64,000 bases of DNA, taken from NCBI GenBank assembly GCA_937874195.1, contig CALNBM010000015.1, positions 1,275 through 65,274 on the forward strand. The letters run 5' to 3'. The notes beneath the pieces are model-generated. The model was not told where the DNA came from. It made no database searches and saw nothing but the letters and a program-made list of their open reading frames with translations. The translations under genes were made by a program, and so were the position numbers. Shown here piece by piece: positions 28,322 through 39,900 of this stretch. The DNA comes from an uncultured Clostridia bacterium. GTDB lineage: Bacteria > Bacillota > Clostridia > Christensenellales > UBA1242. How positions within the stretch are numbered: position 1 is the first letter of the stretch; every line of letters begins with the position of its first letter.

Positions 28322-29350
28322 TTACTTGATTTTTGCTTGTTTTAGTTTAGCAATTTTACCGCTATTTAGTGTGCGAATATCATCTATATTAAAAGTCATC
28401 ATGGCAAGCCTGCTTAAACCTAAACCGAATGCAAAACCTCTATATTCACTTGAATTAATTCCGCCCATTTCCAATACACTTTTATGAATCATTCCACACG
28501 GACAAAGTTCAATCCAGCCTGATTGTTTGCAAACACTACAACCGTCGCCATCACAATAAATACATTTGCAATCAAGCTCAAATCCCGGCTCAACAAAAGG
28601 AAAAAATCCCGGACGAAGTCTTACTTCAATATCTTTCTCAAATATTTTAGATAGCATAGTTTTCATAAAATAAATCAAGTTTGCAATAGAAATATTTTTG
28701 TCTATCATCAGTCCTTCCAGTTGAAAAAAAGTGTTTTCATGACCAGCATCCAACTCTTCGTTTCTAAAACAACGCCCCGGAAAAATAACCTTTAAAGGCG
28801 CGCCAAACTTTTTCATGATTCTATTTTGACTAGCAGAAGTGTGAGTTTTTAACACTTGATTATTTTCCAAATAAAAAGTGTCTTGCATATCACGAGCAGG
28901 ATGATTTTTAGGAATATTCACTGCTTCAAAGTTATTATATTCACTTTCAATTTCATTACCATCTTCCACATAAAAACCCATATTTTCAAAAATATCAACT
29001 AATTTTTTTTGAGTTATTGTGATAGGATGTAAACTGCCTATGTTTTCGCCTAATGGCGTAGTTAAATCAATGATTTTTGCGCCAGTTATCATATTTTCGA
29101 TTTCTAACCGTTCTAAATCATTTTTAACATTTTCAAGCCTAGTTTCAATGCTTGTTTTAAGTTTGTTGACCTCTTCACCATAAGTTTTTTTTTCGCTGGG
29201 TGAAATTGTCTTTATTAATTTAAGAGCCTCATTCACAAGACCATTTTTACCCATAAACTTTACTTTAACTAAATTAAAGCTACATTCATCGGTTACAAGT
29301 TTTATATCCTCATTAAATCGGTTATAAATTATTTCTAAGTTTTCTTTCAT
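28322..29350 (-). CDS. pheS: phenylalanine--tRNA ligase alpha subunit
   Basis: The track ORF starts at a TTG inside the leader terminator (29383). I prefer ATG 29350 (MKENLEII...) behind AAGGA. Class II motifs are present (HPARDMQDTFY, FRNE, GFAFGLGLSRLAM). Confidence 0.85.
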   Translation of the reverse strand: MKENLEIIYNRFNEDIKLVTDECSFNLVKVKFMGKNGLVNEALKLIKTISPSEKKTYGEEVNKLKTSIETRLENVKNDLERLEIENMITGAKIIDLTTPLGENIGSLHPITITQKKLVDIFENMGFYVEDGNEIESEYNNFEAVNIPKNHPARDMQDTFYLENNQVLKTHTSASQNRIMKKFGAPLKVIFPGRCFRNEELDAGHENTFFQLEGLMIDKNISIANLIYFMKTMLSKIFEKDIEVRLRPGFFPFVEPGFELDCKCIYCDGDGCSVCKQSGWIELCPCGMIHKSVLEMGGINSSEYRGFAFGLGLSRLAMMTFNIDDIRTLNSGKIAKLKQAKIK

Positions 29351-29371
29351 TTTTATTTCCTTCATTTTAAT

Positions 29372-29655
29372 AAAAAAGCCCAAAAAGCGCTAATGCTTTT
29401 AGGGACGATTAATCGTGTTACCACCCTAATTTAGAAATTTTTAAAAAATTTCCCTTCATTGATTTTAATACAAAAATCACTTGGTTTGAGTTTTTACCCC
29501 CAAACAACTCCAATGCTCGAAATTCAAGGAATCCATCAAACAATCTTTGATAAAATATTAGAGCTTTAAGCAAACTCTCAGCGCTCGAACCATTTGCTCT
29601 CTCTTTAAAGATAATATCCCCTACTAAAACATCATCATCGTTTTTATTTAGTTAT
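29372..29655 (-). promoter_or_regulatory. T-box leader (Phe) controlling pheST
   Basis: On the reverse strand the T-box core AATTAGGGTGGTAACACG lies at 29431..29414. An AGAGAGAG / GCTGAGAG stem-I element lies near 29610..29570. A UUC triplet in GAAUUUCGAG (29525..29516) is the candidate specifier. The terminator hairpin CCCTAAAAGC/GCTTTTTGGG spans 29404..29379 and is followed by a U-run. Confidence 0.8.
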
Positions 29656-29661
29656 TAAAAA

Positions 29662-29690
29662 ATTTTACACCATATAATCGCAACTGTCAA
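29662..29690 (-). promoter_or_regulatory. sigma-70 promoter of the pheST leader (TTGACA-17-TAAAAT)
   Basis: Reverse strand reads TTGACA (29690..29685), a 17-nt spacer, then TAAAAT (29667..29662). Confidence 0.6.
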
Positions 29691-29739
29691 CTAATTTTAA
29701 CATTTGCATTGATTTTCAAAAAAAGGTAAATTAATCTAA

Positions 29740-29943
29740 AATTAAACTTTTTCGAAACTAAAAAATATCACCGTAATTACTTTTCGATACTAAAAAATAT
29801 CACCGTAATTTTTGTTTACTTTTAATTGTTGATTATAGATAAGGTACAATTAAACTTTTAGAAACTAAAAAAAATATCACCGTAATACTTTTCGAAACTA
29901 AAAATACCACCATATTTTGTTTACTTTAAATTGTTATATACAG
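29740..29943. repeat. tandem intergenic duplication: two ~100-nt units, each holding two ~35-nt sub-repeats
   Basis: The sub-repeat ACTTTTCGAAACTAAAAAATATCACCGTAAT occurs at 29740..29778, 29779..29810, 29848..29886 and 29887..29916. Each pair is followed by TTGTTTACTTT(T/A)AATTGTT. Confidence 0.8.
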
Positions 29944-29973
29944 AAACTAGCATACTAAAAAATGCAATTAATC

Positions 29974-31248
29974 CTAATTACTTACTTTATCTCGCCTAGT
30001 TCTCTTTTTAACAATTTTAATTTCATTTTGAATTTCGTTGTTTTGCAAATAATCCACAAGAAGCATTCGTGTTCTTTCTTCTGCTTTGGGTATATAATAA
30101 GCGCTAAACAGCATAAACGCTCCTATAATAATATAAACAGGAATTAATGTAACTATAGGAAATAGTGAGCAAATTAAAGCAGTACCGTAAATATATATAT
30201 AAGAACCCACAGATGAATTATCTCGTGCGAGCAGTGCGGAATTACTCATGCCCAGTATTCGTGATTTAACAATTAAGCGTTGGAATACAAACAAACTCAA
30301 AAAAGGATAAAATAATCCTGCAATGCCAAATATCACATAAATATAGTATATGTTTTCAACCAATACAAAGCCAAAAGCCGATAGTCCCATAATAATACAA
30401 GTTGATTGAACTACCCACATTATATCGTATCTATCATTTAGCTTGCCTGCAAAATAACTACCCACTCCATAGGTGCCATTAAAAATCGCACCCAGTATTC
30501 CTACCTGTCCATAAGAAGGACTGCCTGAAATAAACAAGTCAAAAGAATAAATAGTTCTAATAACATCAAATGAACTAAAAAGAAAATAAACTGTGCAATA
30601 AGTTAAAAGAATTTGAAAAATAATTTTTTTTCCAAGTTTTGTGTGTTCTAATTTTTTTTCAAAAGTAAGAAGTGCATTAGATACCGCCTCTTTATTAAAA
30701 GATGTACTTTTTTTACTTTTAAAGTAATAAATCAAAAGTGGGATAACAGAAAAACCATATAAAATCAATGATATTATAACTACTAATTGTCTGTTTATAT
30801 CTAATAAAAAACCACCAATTAGTAACGACACTATTATGCCCATTTGCTCAAATACTCTCGTTATACCAAGAGTATCAGTGCTTTTATTTAGCGATGAATA
30901 GTTATAAATAATTTCATTTGCAGAGAGTTTGAAAGATAAATCAAATGCATAAAATACACAAATTCCAATAATTGACAACAATAAATATTTATCAAGAAGT
31001 AAAATAAAAATGCTATAACCGGTAAGTGTAAAAACTCTAAGAAGTAAAAAAATTTGTGGTCTTTTTCTAATTTGGTTTTTTAGTGTATAACTTGCAACTA
31101 ATCTAATTATATTTTGAATAACCAAATAAAGAAAAGCGATGTATAATTCGCCTGTTTCAATAAAAATAATCAATGGAACAAACGCACCCACTAAATTGTT
31201 TGCAAAATTTGATAAAAATTTATAAAAATTAAGTAATCTTAGTTGCAT
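29974..31248 (-). CDS. MFS-type transporter
   Basis: Track ORF of 424 aa with ~12 predicted TM segments and a TAAGGA RBS. Confidence 0.55.
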   Translation of the reverse strand: MQLRLLNFYKFLSNFANNLVGAFVPLIIFIETGELYIAFLYLVIQNIIRLVASYTLKNQIRKRPQIFLLLRVFTLTGYSIFILLLDKYLLLSIIGICVFYAFDLSFKLSANEIIYNYSSLNKSTDTLGITRVFEQMGIIVSLLIGGFLLDINRQLVVIISLILYGFSVIPLLIYYFKSKKSTSFNKEAVSNALLTFEKKLEHTKLGKKIIFQILLTYCTVYFLFSSFDVIRTIYSFDLFISGSPSYGQVGILGAIFNGTYGVGSYFAGKLNDRYDIMWVVQSTCIIMGLSAFGFVLVENIYYIYVIFGIAGLFYPFLSLFVFQRLIVKSRILGMSNSALLARDNSSVGSYIYIYGTALICSLFPIVTLIPVYIIIGAFMLFSAYYIPKAEERTRMLLVDYLQNNEIQNEIKIVKKRTRRDKVSN

Positions 31249-31421
31249 GTTTGTCCTTAGTGATATAAAGATTTTTATAGTTTAAAGGCGACCTTTTTTT
31301 GGCCGCCTAAATTTTAGCTACAAATAATGAAAACATGAAGATTTTATTAAAAGATAATTTAAAAATTAGATAATAAGATTTATGTTTGTAGAAAAATTAG
31401 TATTGTGTTAATTTTTAACTA

Positions 31422-33362
31422 TTATTTTTTCTTGCTAACTATCGAAAAAAATGATTTTTTCTTTTTATCTTTGGTATCCTTTTCTTTCTCCTCGCTTTCG
31501 GTTTGATTATCGTCTATCGATTCATTTGCGCCGGGAATTACTTGTTCATCATCATTACTTTCATTTGTTAGCACACCTATTGTATCATCCACAGTTTTTT
31601 CTAACTCGTCTTGCGTATCTAAGTAATTTTTATTTTCCGCCTCTATTGTTTGTTCTAATTCTTGCAGACTTTCATCATAAGTGGAAAAATTTGGTTTTAC
31701 ATCAATTTTTATTGGCTTAGCAACACTTTCTTGCTTTTTAATTTTTGAAATAAGTTGACTTTCTTGCTCTATTAATGATTGTTCTTTTTCTCGTGCATTT
31801 TTAAGCCTTTCTTCAGCTTCTGCAAGTTTTTGTTTAAGTTCATGGGAATCTTCAAAAGCAGTAAGCACATTTTCCAGCGATACTTTATTTGAATTTATTA
31901 TTCTTTCTCTAAATTCACGGGAAGAGAAATAATCTTTAACATTACCTATTGCTTCAATTTGCGCAAGTTTTAAAATCAGGTCTTTCTCTAAACTATCAAT
32001 TTTTATTTTTTTCTCTTCTGTTTCTTCTTCTTTCATTTTTAGTGATTTAGATAATAAGTCCACTTCTGTTTGCAAGTTAATTTTTTCTTCTTCTAATTGA
32101 CGAAAAACAGGTTCATTTTGAGCCGCTATCATGTCATTAATTATTCCATAAACACGATTTGCGTAAGTTTTGCCTTCGCTTTTCATTGACTCTTCAATAA
32201 CTTTTTTTCTACTTTCGATTTCGCTTTTAATTGCATCAGCATCTTCTTGCATCTCTGCTTGTTGCTTATAGAATCGCTTTGATGCCAAATCATAATCTTT
32301 TTCCAACTGTTGCAGTCTTTGTTGTTCTTCATTATATCTTTTCTTGATATAGTTGGCTTCAATTTGAATAGTTGTTGCATTTAATTGATTATTTAATTGA
32401 GCCATGTTTTCTCTATGCGTTTGTGCTTTTCTTTCAAAATCTTTAGTGACTTCATTAAAGTTTTTGTCAAAGTTATTAAGTTCGTTTGTCTTACCGTTTA
32501 ATTTTTCATTTAGTAATCTTCGTGAATTAAAATATTTTTCGCTCTCACGCATTGCTCTATCCATTAAAATGGAAAGTTCTATGCCCAGTTCATCAAAATC
32601 AAACTTTTCAAAAACATTTTCTTCTTCAGCCTCTGCGTTTTTTCGTTCTTCTTCATAAGCTTTCTTTTCCAGATAATCTTGTAAAACAGGGATACCTTCT
32701 TTAATCTCTTTTTTAGTGAAAAGAACTTCATAATCGATAAAGGAAGGTATTGTGGTTGAAGCTTTATTTAAAAATCTAGTAAATTCAGTAAACTCATAAT
32801 TCAAATCTTCTGCTTTTTGAGATGTAACAAATTGAAAAACAACAATGGCAATATAGCCAATTAATAATACAAACAACGGAAGAGTGATAATGTAAATAAA
32901 CGCATCGATAACAGAATATGTGGAAACCAATCCCGATGAAATTAAAGCAATAACAATAGCAACAATCGTAGTAAAGTTTTTACTAACATTAACTGCGTTT
33001 CCAAAACCGCCTGACTTATCTACTCTTTCTAAGCAATTTAATTTGTTTATATATTTGCTAGGAAGTCCATCACGATTAAGCACATATTCTTGCCAAGAAA
33101 AACGAATAATTTTAGGCAAATCTTTAATTTTATTATTTAATTCCACTAAATTATCGTCATTAATATATGGATTTTTTAGAAAAAATTTATTTAATTTTTT
33201 TAATCCTCTTAATAATTTTGCGTCGTATGAAAAAGCTATTATTAGTGCGGTTATAAAAATTAAAACAAACATCAAAATAGCACCAATCACAACAATTGTG
33301 TTAGCATTAATAATGCCACTAAACTGCTTAAATACTTGCACAACATTGTCGTAAAATGTCAT
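31422..33362 (-). CDS. membrane-anchored long coiled-coil protein
   Basis: Track ORF of 646 aa. Has an N-terminal TM helix, two more TM helices around residues 130-180, then ~400 aa of Glu/Lys/Gln-rich heptad-like sequence and an acidic tail. AGGAGAAGGA RBS upstream. Confidence 0.55.
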   Translation of the reverse strand: MTFYDNVVQVFKQFSGIINANTIVVIGAILMFVLIFITALIIAFSYDAKLLRGLKKLNKFFLKNPYINDDNLVELNNKIKDLPKIIRFSWQEYVLNRDGLPSKYINKLNCLERVDKSGGFGNAVNVSKNFTTIVAIVIALISSGLVSTYSVIDAFIYIITLPLFVLLIGYIAIVVFQFVTSQKAEDLNYEFTEFTRFLNKASTTIPSFIDYEVLFTKKEIKEGIPVLQDYLEKKAYEEERKNAEAEEENVFEKFDFDELGIELSILMDRAMRESEKYFNSRRLLNEKLNGKTNELNNFDKNFNEVTKDFERKAQTHRENMAQLNNQLNATTIQIEANYIKKRYNEEQQRLQQLEKDYDLASKRFYKQQAEMQEDADAIKSEIESRKKVIEESMKSEGKTYANRVYGIINDMIAAQNEPVFRQLEEEKINLQTEVDLLSKSLKMKEEETEEKKIKIDSLEKDLILKLAQIEAIGNVKDYFSSREFRERIINSNKVSLENVLTAFEDSHELKQKLAEAEERLKNAREKEQSLIEQESQLISKIKKQESVAKPIKIDVKPNFSTYDESLQELEQTIEAENKNYLDTQDELEKTVDDTIGVLTNESNDDEQVIPGANESIDDNQTESEEKEKDTKDKKKKSFFSIVSKKK

Positions 33363-33577
33363 TTCCTTCTCCTGATAAATAACACATTATTTTGCAATAT
33401 TATATCACACTAGGTTTGTTATTGCTAATAAAATAATATAAAATCGAAATTTTTAATAGATATGTAGATAAAACAAAAGCACCTTAATTAGATTGATAAA
33501 AAATATACTCTATTTTCTGCAATACTTTATAAAATTATTTTATATTAAGCCCTAAATTACAATAGTTTGTTATTTTT

Positions 33578-36500
33578 TTACACTTCAATTAGTCTGCTAA
33601 GTTCAAACGAATAAATAAACTTATTTTTAACTGGTTTATTAAAGGCAAGTTCGTAAGCCTTTGCATAGATTTCTAACTGCAACGAGTAAGTGTTTCTAAA
33701 CTGTTCATCACGAGAAAACTTATTGGTTTTAAAATCAATTATTATAGCATAATCGTTAAAATCTATCGCAAGGTCAATAACACCTTGCACTATTATTTTA
33801 TCGTTCACAACACTATTTTTAATAAGATGACTATGTGGAACTGATAAAATAAACTGGCTTTCTTTTAAAATCTTTCCGCCATCTGCAATGCTATTAATAA
33901 TGCTAATAGCATTAGAAATTGCAGATGAATTTACTTTCTCTTTTAGTTTTACCCACTCAATATTTTCCTTTGTAACACTTTCAATTATAGATATAATTTC
34001 ATCTGTGCTTTCACTATAATTTAATTTTTCCATAACTGCGTGATAGTAGTTTCCAACTTCTAGTGCGTGATTATTTTCCACTAAGTCTGTATCATTTAGT
34101 TTGAAATTACTTGGCGCATAAGAAATTTTTTCATACGGCTCTTCTTCTCGCATAATGCTGGTTACACTATTTTTTATAGCGATTTCTTTTGAGTGTGCGT
34201 ACGGATATTTATAGTTATAATATTCGCTTAAATTTTTTGCTAAGTTTTCGTCGCCACCGCTTAGCAAAATTTGTTTGTTTTCGCACTTATCAAACTCAGT
34301 TTCCTCCACACTATAAATGTTAACAGCACACTCTTTATGTGTGTTTTCGTTAAGCACAAATTTTTTATTATTTACAAAATTATACAAACTAACTTTGTCA
34401 TATGAATAGAAAAATAAATCTAGAAAAGAGCGACATTCGTAAATTTTATCTTTCTCTACCAACACACTGTTAAGCTTATATGTGCCAATTAAATGTAGAC
34501 GGTCTTTAGCCCTTGTTAGCGCAACATAAAATAATCTTATTTCTTCATCTATTTTATTTTTAATATTTATTAATTTACATGCATTGACCACAATGGAAGC
34601 GCTTTCTAACCTACTATTCCCGTCAATATATTTAAGCCCAATTCCAAACTGGTCGTTTATCAATAATTGACTGTCGTTATCAAGTCTAAAACCCACACCC
34701 AAATCTGCCACGATAACGCAAGGATAATCCAAACCCTTACTGGAATGCATGGTGCTAACTTTAACACAGTTATCGTCATCCCCCACCAATAAATCATGTG
34801 ATTTTTCAGCAAGTGAATTGATATAATCTAAAAATTTTGTTAGACAAAACGCATAGTTATCGTTTATAGAAAAAGTTAAAAACTCGTTAATGTTGCTTAG
34901 TTTTTCCCAGCCTTCAGGCAAACTGTTAAAATGATTTACCATATCAAAATCAATTAGCAATTTTTCTAGTGTTTCATAGATAGTGTGATTATGCATATAG
35001 TTTTTATAAAAATCTATATATATTTTTAGTTTTGATATTTTGGCACAAATTTCATCATCTTTGTTATAATTTAATACCGCCTGCCAAAACTCGCTTTCCT
35101 TATCGCTTAATCGAATTTCTGTTAAAATATTTTCGTCTAAATTTATCATAAAACTTTTAAGCACTGTTGCAAGTGCTAAATCATCTTGAAAGTTGTTTAT
35201 TAACTTTAAAAAACTAATAAGAAGGCAAACTTCATAACTATCAAATATATTGGTTTTATATTGCACCGAAACAGGGATATTGCACTCTTGCAAAGTTTTA
35301 TAAAGTACAGCAATTTTATTTTTATTTCGTGTGAGCACGGCAATATCTTTATATGTGTAATTTTTGCCGGTAAGCGAAATCCACTCACTAATTTTTTTAG
35401 CAACTAACCTTGCTTCCGCCTCAACAGAATCTGCACGCAAAACCTTATTGTCTTCGTTTGCTGTGCTGTTAATAATATCCATGGAAACAACTTTATTATT
35501 AGTTAAAGTTTTCCCGCTTTTTAGCATTGCATCACTATAATCAACGCCGATAGTATCTTTTCTAATTAAGTTTTCAAAAATACCGTTTACAAACTGTAAG
35601 ATGTTATCTTCACTGCGATAGTTTTTATTAAAATTAAAAATTTGATGAGCGGTTTTGTTATTATACTTATCAATAAAGTTTTTAGGTTGCGACAGCCTAA
35701 ATTCATAAATACTTTGTTTAACATCTCCAATCATAATTAGGTTATTGGCTTTTTTTAATTTGGTTAGAATCATTTCTTGAATATTGTTCACATCTTGATA
35801 TTCATCAAAAAAAATATATTGATATTGCTCTTTAATTTCATTTAAAACAAGGTTATTATTTAATAGTTTTATGGTATAAAATTCAAGGTCATTAAAATCT
35901 AGCAAATGTCTGCTTTTTTTAAGGCTGGCGTATTCATTATCCACTCGCTTTACAATTTCAAAAATTTTAGTAAGATTTTGCTTAATAATCGATAATTGTC
36001 TAACAATTTCTTTATCACTTACTTTAAGCACAAACTTTTTTAAATTGTCACGAACTGCTTTATATTTATCCCACACTTCTTCCATATTGTCATATAGTTC
36101 TTGTTCGTAAACTGTTAAGTCTTTTGTTTTTTGTGGCTTTTTTAAATAAGTAAAATTATGCAAAGCATCACTTTGTTGTTGGAAAGTGGTGCTGTTATTA
36201 ATTAGCGAAATTGCTTGCTTAATGTTTTCAATAAACACGAGTAACTTTTTATTGGCAACCATTGTTGCCTGCTCTTCTAAAAAAGTAAAACTTGGCAACA
36301 TTTCACTCATATTTTCTTTTACTGCTTGCATTATAAACTTTACGCAAGTGTTTTTTTCTAAATCTAGATTATATGTGTTTTCCAGCATATTTTTTTTCCA
36401 AGTGTCTTCATCTACCACACTTTTCAAATAATTAAAAATGGTATTAACAATTCCTTTTAACACTGTGGTTTCACGCCTGGAATTATAACACTCGTAAAGT

Positions 36501-36994
36501 TCAAAAAAGCTTTTATCATCACTTACAATGTAGTTATTAAAAACATTAGTGATTGCATCATTAATTAAAAATGCTTGCTCTTTGTCACTTACTAATGAAA
36601 ATGCAGGGTCAACGCCCACCACATAAAAATACTTTGTAATAAGTTTTTTACAAAAACTATGATTAGTACCAATATCGGCATTATTGATAAATTCAATCTG
36701 TTCCGCCAAGCGCTGTTTTAAAAATGGGTCAGTTATTGCAACTAAAAGTTTTTGCATACTTTTAAATAGTTTTATTTTCATTTCATTTGCTGCGGCATTA
36801 GTGAAAGTTAGCACTAATAAATTTTCTACGCTCACATTTTTATCCACTATTAAATAAAGAATCTTATTTATCATAGAAGAAGTTTTGCCTGTGCCTGCAC
36901 TTGCAGAAACCAATATATCTTTAATACTTTCACATTTAACAAATTTAAGTTGCTCTTCATTTAAGTCTTTAACAATAATATCTTGTGGTTTCAT
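33578..36994 (-). CDS. addA: ATP-dependent helicase/nuclease subunit A
   Basis: Track ORF of 1138 aa with UvrD-type Walker A (ASAGTGKTS), FDEYQD, and a C-terminal nuclease region. GAGGAGGTG RBS. ATGA overlap with addB. Confidence 0.85.
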   Translation of the reverse strand: MKPQDIIVKDLNEEQLKFVKCESIKDILVSASAGTGKTSSMINKILYLIVDKNVSVENLLVLTFTNAAANEMKIKLFKSMQKLLVAITDPFLKQRLAEQIEFINNADIGTNHSFCKKLITKYFYVVGVDPAFSLVSDKEQAFLINDAITNVFNNYIVSDDKSFFELYECYNSRRETTVLKGIVNTIFNYLKSVVDEDTWKKNMLENTYNLDLEKNTCVKFIMQAVKENMSEMLPSFTFLEEQATMVANKKLLVFIENIKQAISLINNSTTFQQQSDALHNFTYLKKPQKTKDLTVYEQELYDNMEEVWDKYKAVRDNLKKFVLKVSDKEIVRQLSIIKQNLTKIFEIVKRVDNEYASLKKSRHLLDFNDLEFYTIKLLNNNLVLNEIKEQYQYIFFDEYQDVNNIQEMILTKLKKANNLIMIGDVKQSIYEFRLSQPKNFIDKYNNKTAHQIFNFNKNYRSEDNILQFVNGIFENLIRKDTIGVDYSDAMLKSGKTLTNNKVVSMDIINSTANEDNKVLRADSVEAEARLVAKKISEWISLTGKNYTYKDIAVLTRNKNKIAVLYKTLQECNIPVSVQYKTNIFDSYEVCLLISFLKLINNFQDDLALATVLKSFMINLDENILTEIRLSDKESEFWQAVLNYNKDDEICAKISKLKIYIDFYKNYMHNHTIYETLEKLLIDFDMVNHFNSLPEGWEKLSNINEFLTFSINDNYAFCLTKFLDYINSLAEKSHDLLVGDDDNCVKVSTMHSSKGLDYPCVIVADLGVGFRLDNDSQLLINDQFGIGLKYIDGNSRLESASIVVNACKLINIKNKIDEEIRLFYVALTRAKDRLHLIGTYKLNSVLVEKDKIYECRSFLDLFFYSYDKVSLYNFVNNKKFVLNENTHKECAVNIYSVEETEFDKCENKQILLSGGDENLAKNLSEYYNYKYPYAHSKEIAIKNSVTSIMREEEPYEKISYAPSNFKLNDTDLVENNHALEVGNYYHAVMEKLNYSESTDEIISIIESVTKENIEWVKLKEKVNSSAISNAISIINSIADGGKILKESQFILSVPHSHLIKNSVVNDKIIVQGVIDLAIDFNDYAIIIDFKTNKFSRDEQFRNTYSLQLEIYAKAYELAFNKPVKNKFIYSFELSRLIEV

Positions 36995-39900
36995 GATTGC
37001 ACCTCCTCTTCTGTTAGTGCTTTAAATTCCTCAAAGTTTTTCACTTTTTCTTTTTCGCGCGTCTCATCGCCGTAGTTTTCATTAAAATTACAAATTGCTT
37101 TGTAGTCACAAAATTCGCAAGCAATCTCACTACTTGCCTTCATTGGATTAGGTTGAAGTTCGCCAACCAGTATTTTTTCTGCTCCTTTTTTCATTAAATC
37201 GAAAACATAATTGCATAATTTATCCAGTTCACTTTCTGTTATGCAAAGTTTAGTGTCTTTAATAGCACCATATTTGTCGGTGGAAAGATTTACTATTTTG
37301 CTTACATAGTCAGCATTTGCTAAATTGTCATCGAAATTTAAAATGTTTTCAAGATTTTTAACAATTATACCTTGCAACTTATATAAACATTTGGCATCTT
37401 CTTTATCAAAAACATTTAATATAGGCAGATAAAAAGCACCGGCAGGTTTTAAGCCACTTGCATTTTCATATATTTTGGTATATACAATTAATTGAATTTT
37501 TTTCCCGTTATAAATATCACTTAAATCATTGAACTTTGAACTATATGAGCCAGTTTTATAATCTATTACTCTAAAACTATCTCCACACGCGTCCACTCTG
37601 TCAATAACACCTTTAAGATAGATTTTTCTATTACCCACATTTATTGATAATGTATCGCTTTTAAAAAATTGTTCTGTGCTTTTTTTGGTGGGAACAAATT
37701 TACTATGCTGTTGTTGATATATAAGCGCGTCTGTTATTCTTTCCGCCTCGTTTAAAAACGCATGACAATAAAAATTATTGTATTCATTAGTGGTTATGTA
37801 ATCATATTTGGGGTTATGTAAAACACTATGTATAATATCTCTCGCGGTGGTTTTAGCACTCGCTAACCAGTCATCGCTGTCAATATTTTCACAAATCAAC
37901 GGCACGATGATTTTTAAAAACTCATGCAGAATAATTCCGTTATCAATGTTAGCTTCATCTTCTTGCTTTCTTAATTTTAGTCCATAACTTATAAAAAACT
38001 TATATGGGCATTCGAAATAATTTTCAAGTTCACTAATACTTGTATAATTATTTTTAAAGAAAAGTTCGTTCGCTTTTTTTATATTAGGAATATTAGACTT
38101 ATAATTTATATTTTTCATAATTTTATTAGTGAAGTTAGCGTCCGTCAACTGCAAAGAGTGTTGCAGTGAGTGAAGCAAATTCACATAGTTTTTGTTACCG
38201 TTAAAAACATTCCATTGCTTTAAAAGATGAGTGTAATTTTCTTTTGCGTTTTCTAAATTGATATTATTAAATATAATATTTTCTTGAACAATATTAGGGT
38301 GTGCGTTAAAAATCATATCAAAATCTGCCGATGCATCATACTCTTTAATATTAAGCAGGTTTTTCATATCATCATACCAAATTGTTGGAAAAGCTAAATC
38401 GCCGTTTTCTTTTTGGCGAATGTAAGAAATAACAAGAGATTTTTCATAAACAAAAATGCTTTCATAAACCTTAAAACGCTTTCGTTTATTTATTACCGCT
38501 ACTGTTGGGTTTAATTTGTTTTTGTTTTTTAACTCACTTATATCTTTATCTGTTATAATACTTGTGTCTAATTGATAGGATGGCATGCTGCCTTCGTTAG
38601 CACCGAGTATGTAAACATTTTTATTTTTTCTAAAATAACTTATGTTTATCTCACCTATAAACACAGCATCCATAGCGATTGGTGGTAGGGTTAGTGTTAT
38701 ATCATTAATAACCGCCAGACAAATCTCACTAAACTCTTTTGCAGTGCAATCGTGGGAATCCAAAACAAGTTGAAGTTCATCAAACGCTTTGTTTAATTTT
38801 GATATAACTTGCTCGTGTGTTCTATAATCGATTATGTTATTTCCCCCAAGCAATTTTTCTCTATGTATTTCTTCACTCTCATGCGTTACATCAAACAGAA
38901 ATTTTGTGAAATATTCCATTTTTTCGCCGAAAGCATTAGCGTTTTTAAAATCTGTTATAGCATTATTATAATTTTCGAAATAACTATTAATTATAGCAAA
39001 TTCTTCATTTTTTATATTGATTAAACTTTTTCCCACAAGTCCATATTTAGTTAAATAATGCTCAAACCGTTCCACTAGTCTCTGGTCAACATTTGCAAAA
39101 GGACTTTTTAAAATATCTAACACATTATATTTGTTTACTTCTCCACACACAATTTTTAGTGCGTTTATGATAAACCTGCAAAACACATGTGATTTAAGCG
39201 GTGTGCTTTCGTCTAGATAGTACGACACATCCATCTTTTCGCATTGCTTTTTTATTTCGCTAGCATAAGTCAACAACGATGGAACAATAATCGTGAAGTC
39301 ATTAAACTTTGTTTTATTTAAAATAATATTTTGTTTTATATCAAGTAGCGTATGTTTCACTTCGTCCTTTAAGCTTTTGAAACTAAGTAACTTAATATTA
39401 TCGCTTGTTAAATCAGATTGTTCACAATTTGTACTAAATAGGTTTTCTAGTAGCAAATTTTCTTCCGCTTTTAAATTGCTAATGCATTTCTTAGTGTTCA
39501 CAGCAACACCTAATTGTCTGCATAAATCTAACACATTAAAATAAACACTATTTAAGTGCAGTAGTTCATTATTTGTTGGCTGTGATTTGCTATAAGTGGT
39601 TGCAAACGAAACGCTTTTAGCGTGCTTAATTAATTTCCCAATAATGTTATATTGTTGAACAGTAAAATCTTCAAACATAACAAAATAAAAGTTTGTATCG
39701 CCATAACCTTTGTTTATATTCCGTGCAAATAAATCTAACCTGTTAAAACTGTCGGTAAAATTGTTTTGCAAAAACTCTTCATATTTTTCATAAATTAACT
39801 TTATGTCACTAAGCTTGCTTTTTAGCGTTTTATTAGAAATGGCAATGTCAATATCAATTGGTGTAATATGGCAACTCTTAAATAAACAAATGGTGTTATA

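Noticed and set aside
29740-29943. The array of ~35-nt direct repeats could be a small CRISPR array.
   Set aside because: The repeats are directly adjacent with no unique spacers. There are only four degenerate copies arranged as a duplicated pair. No cas genes or leader are present.
32920-33354. 144-aa + strand ORF antisense to the 5' end of the coiled-coil membrane protein gene.
   Set aside because: It lies entirely inside a better-supported reverse-strand gene and has no RBS. Its Leu/Ser/Phe/Ile-rich composition is typical of the antisense of Lys/Glu/Asn-rich AT-rich coding sequence.
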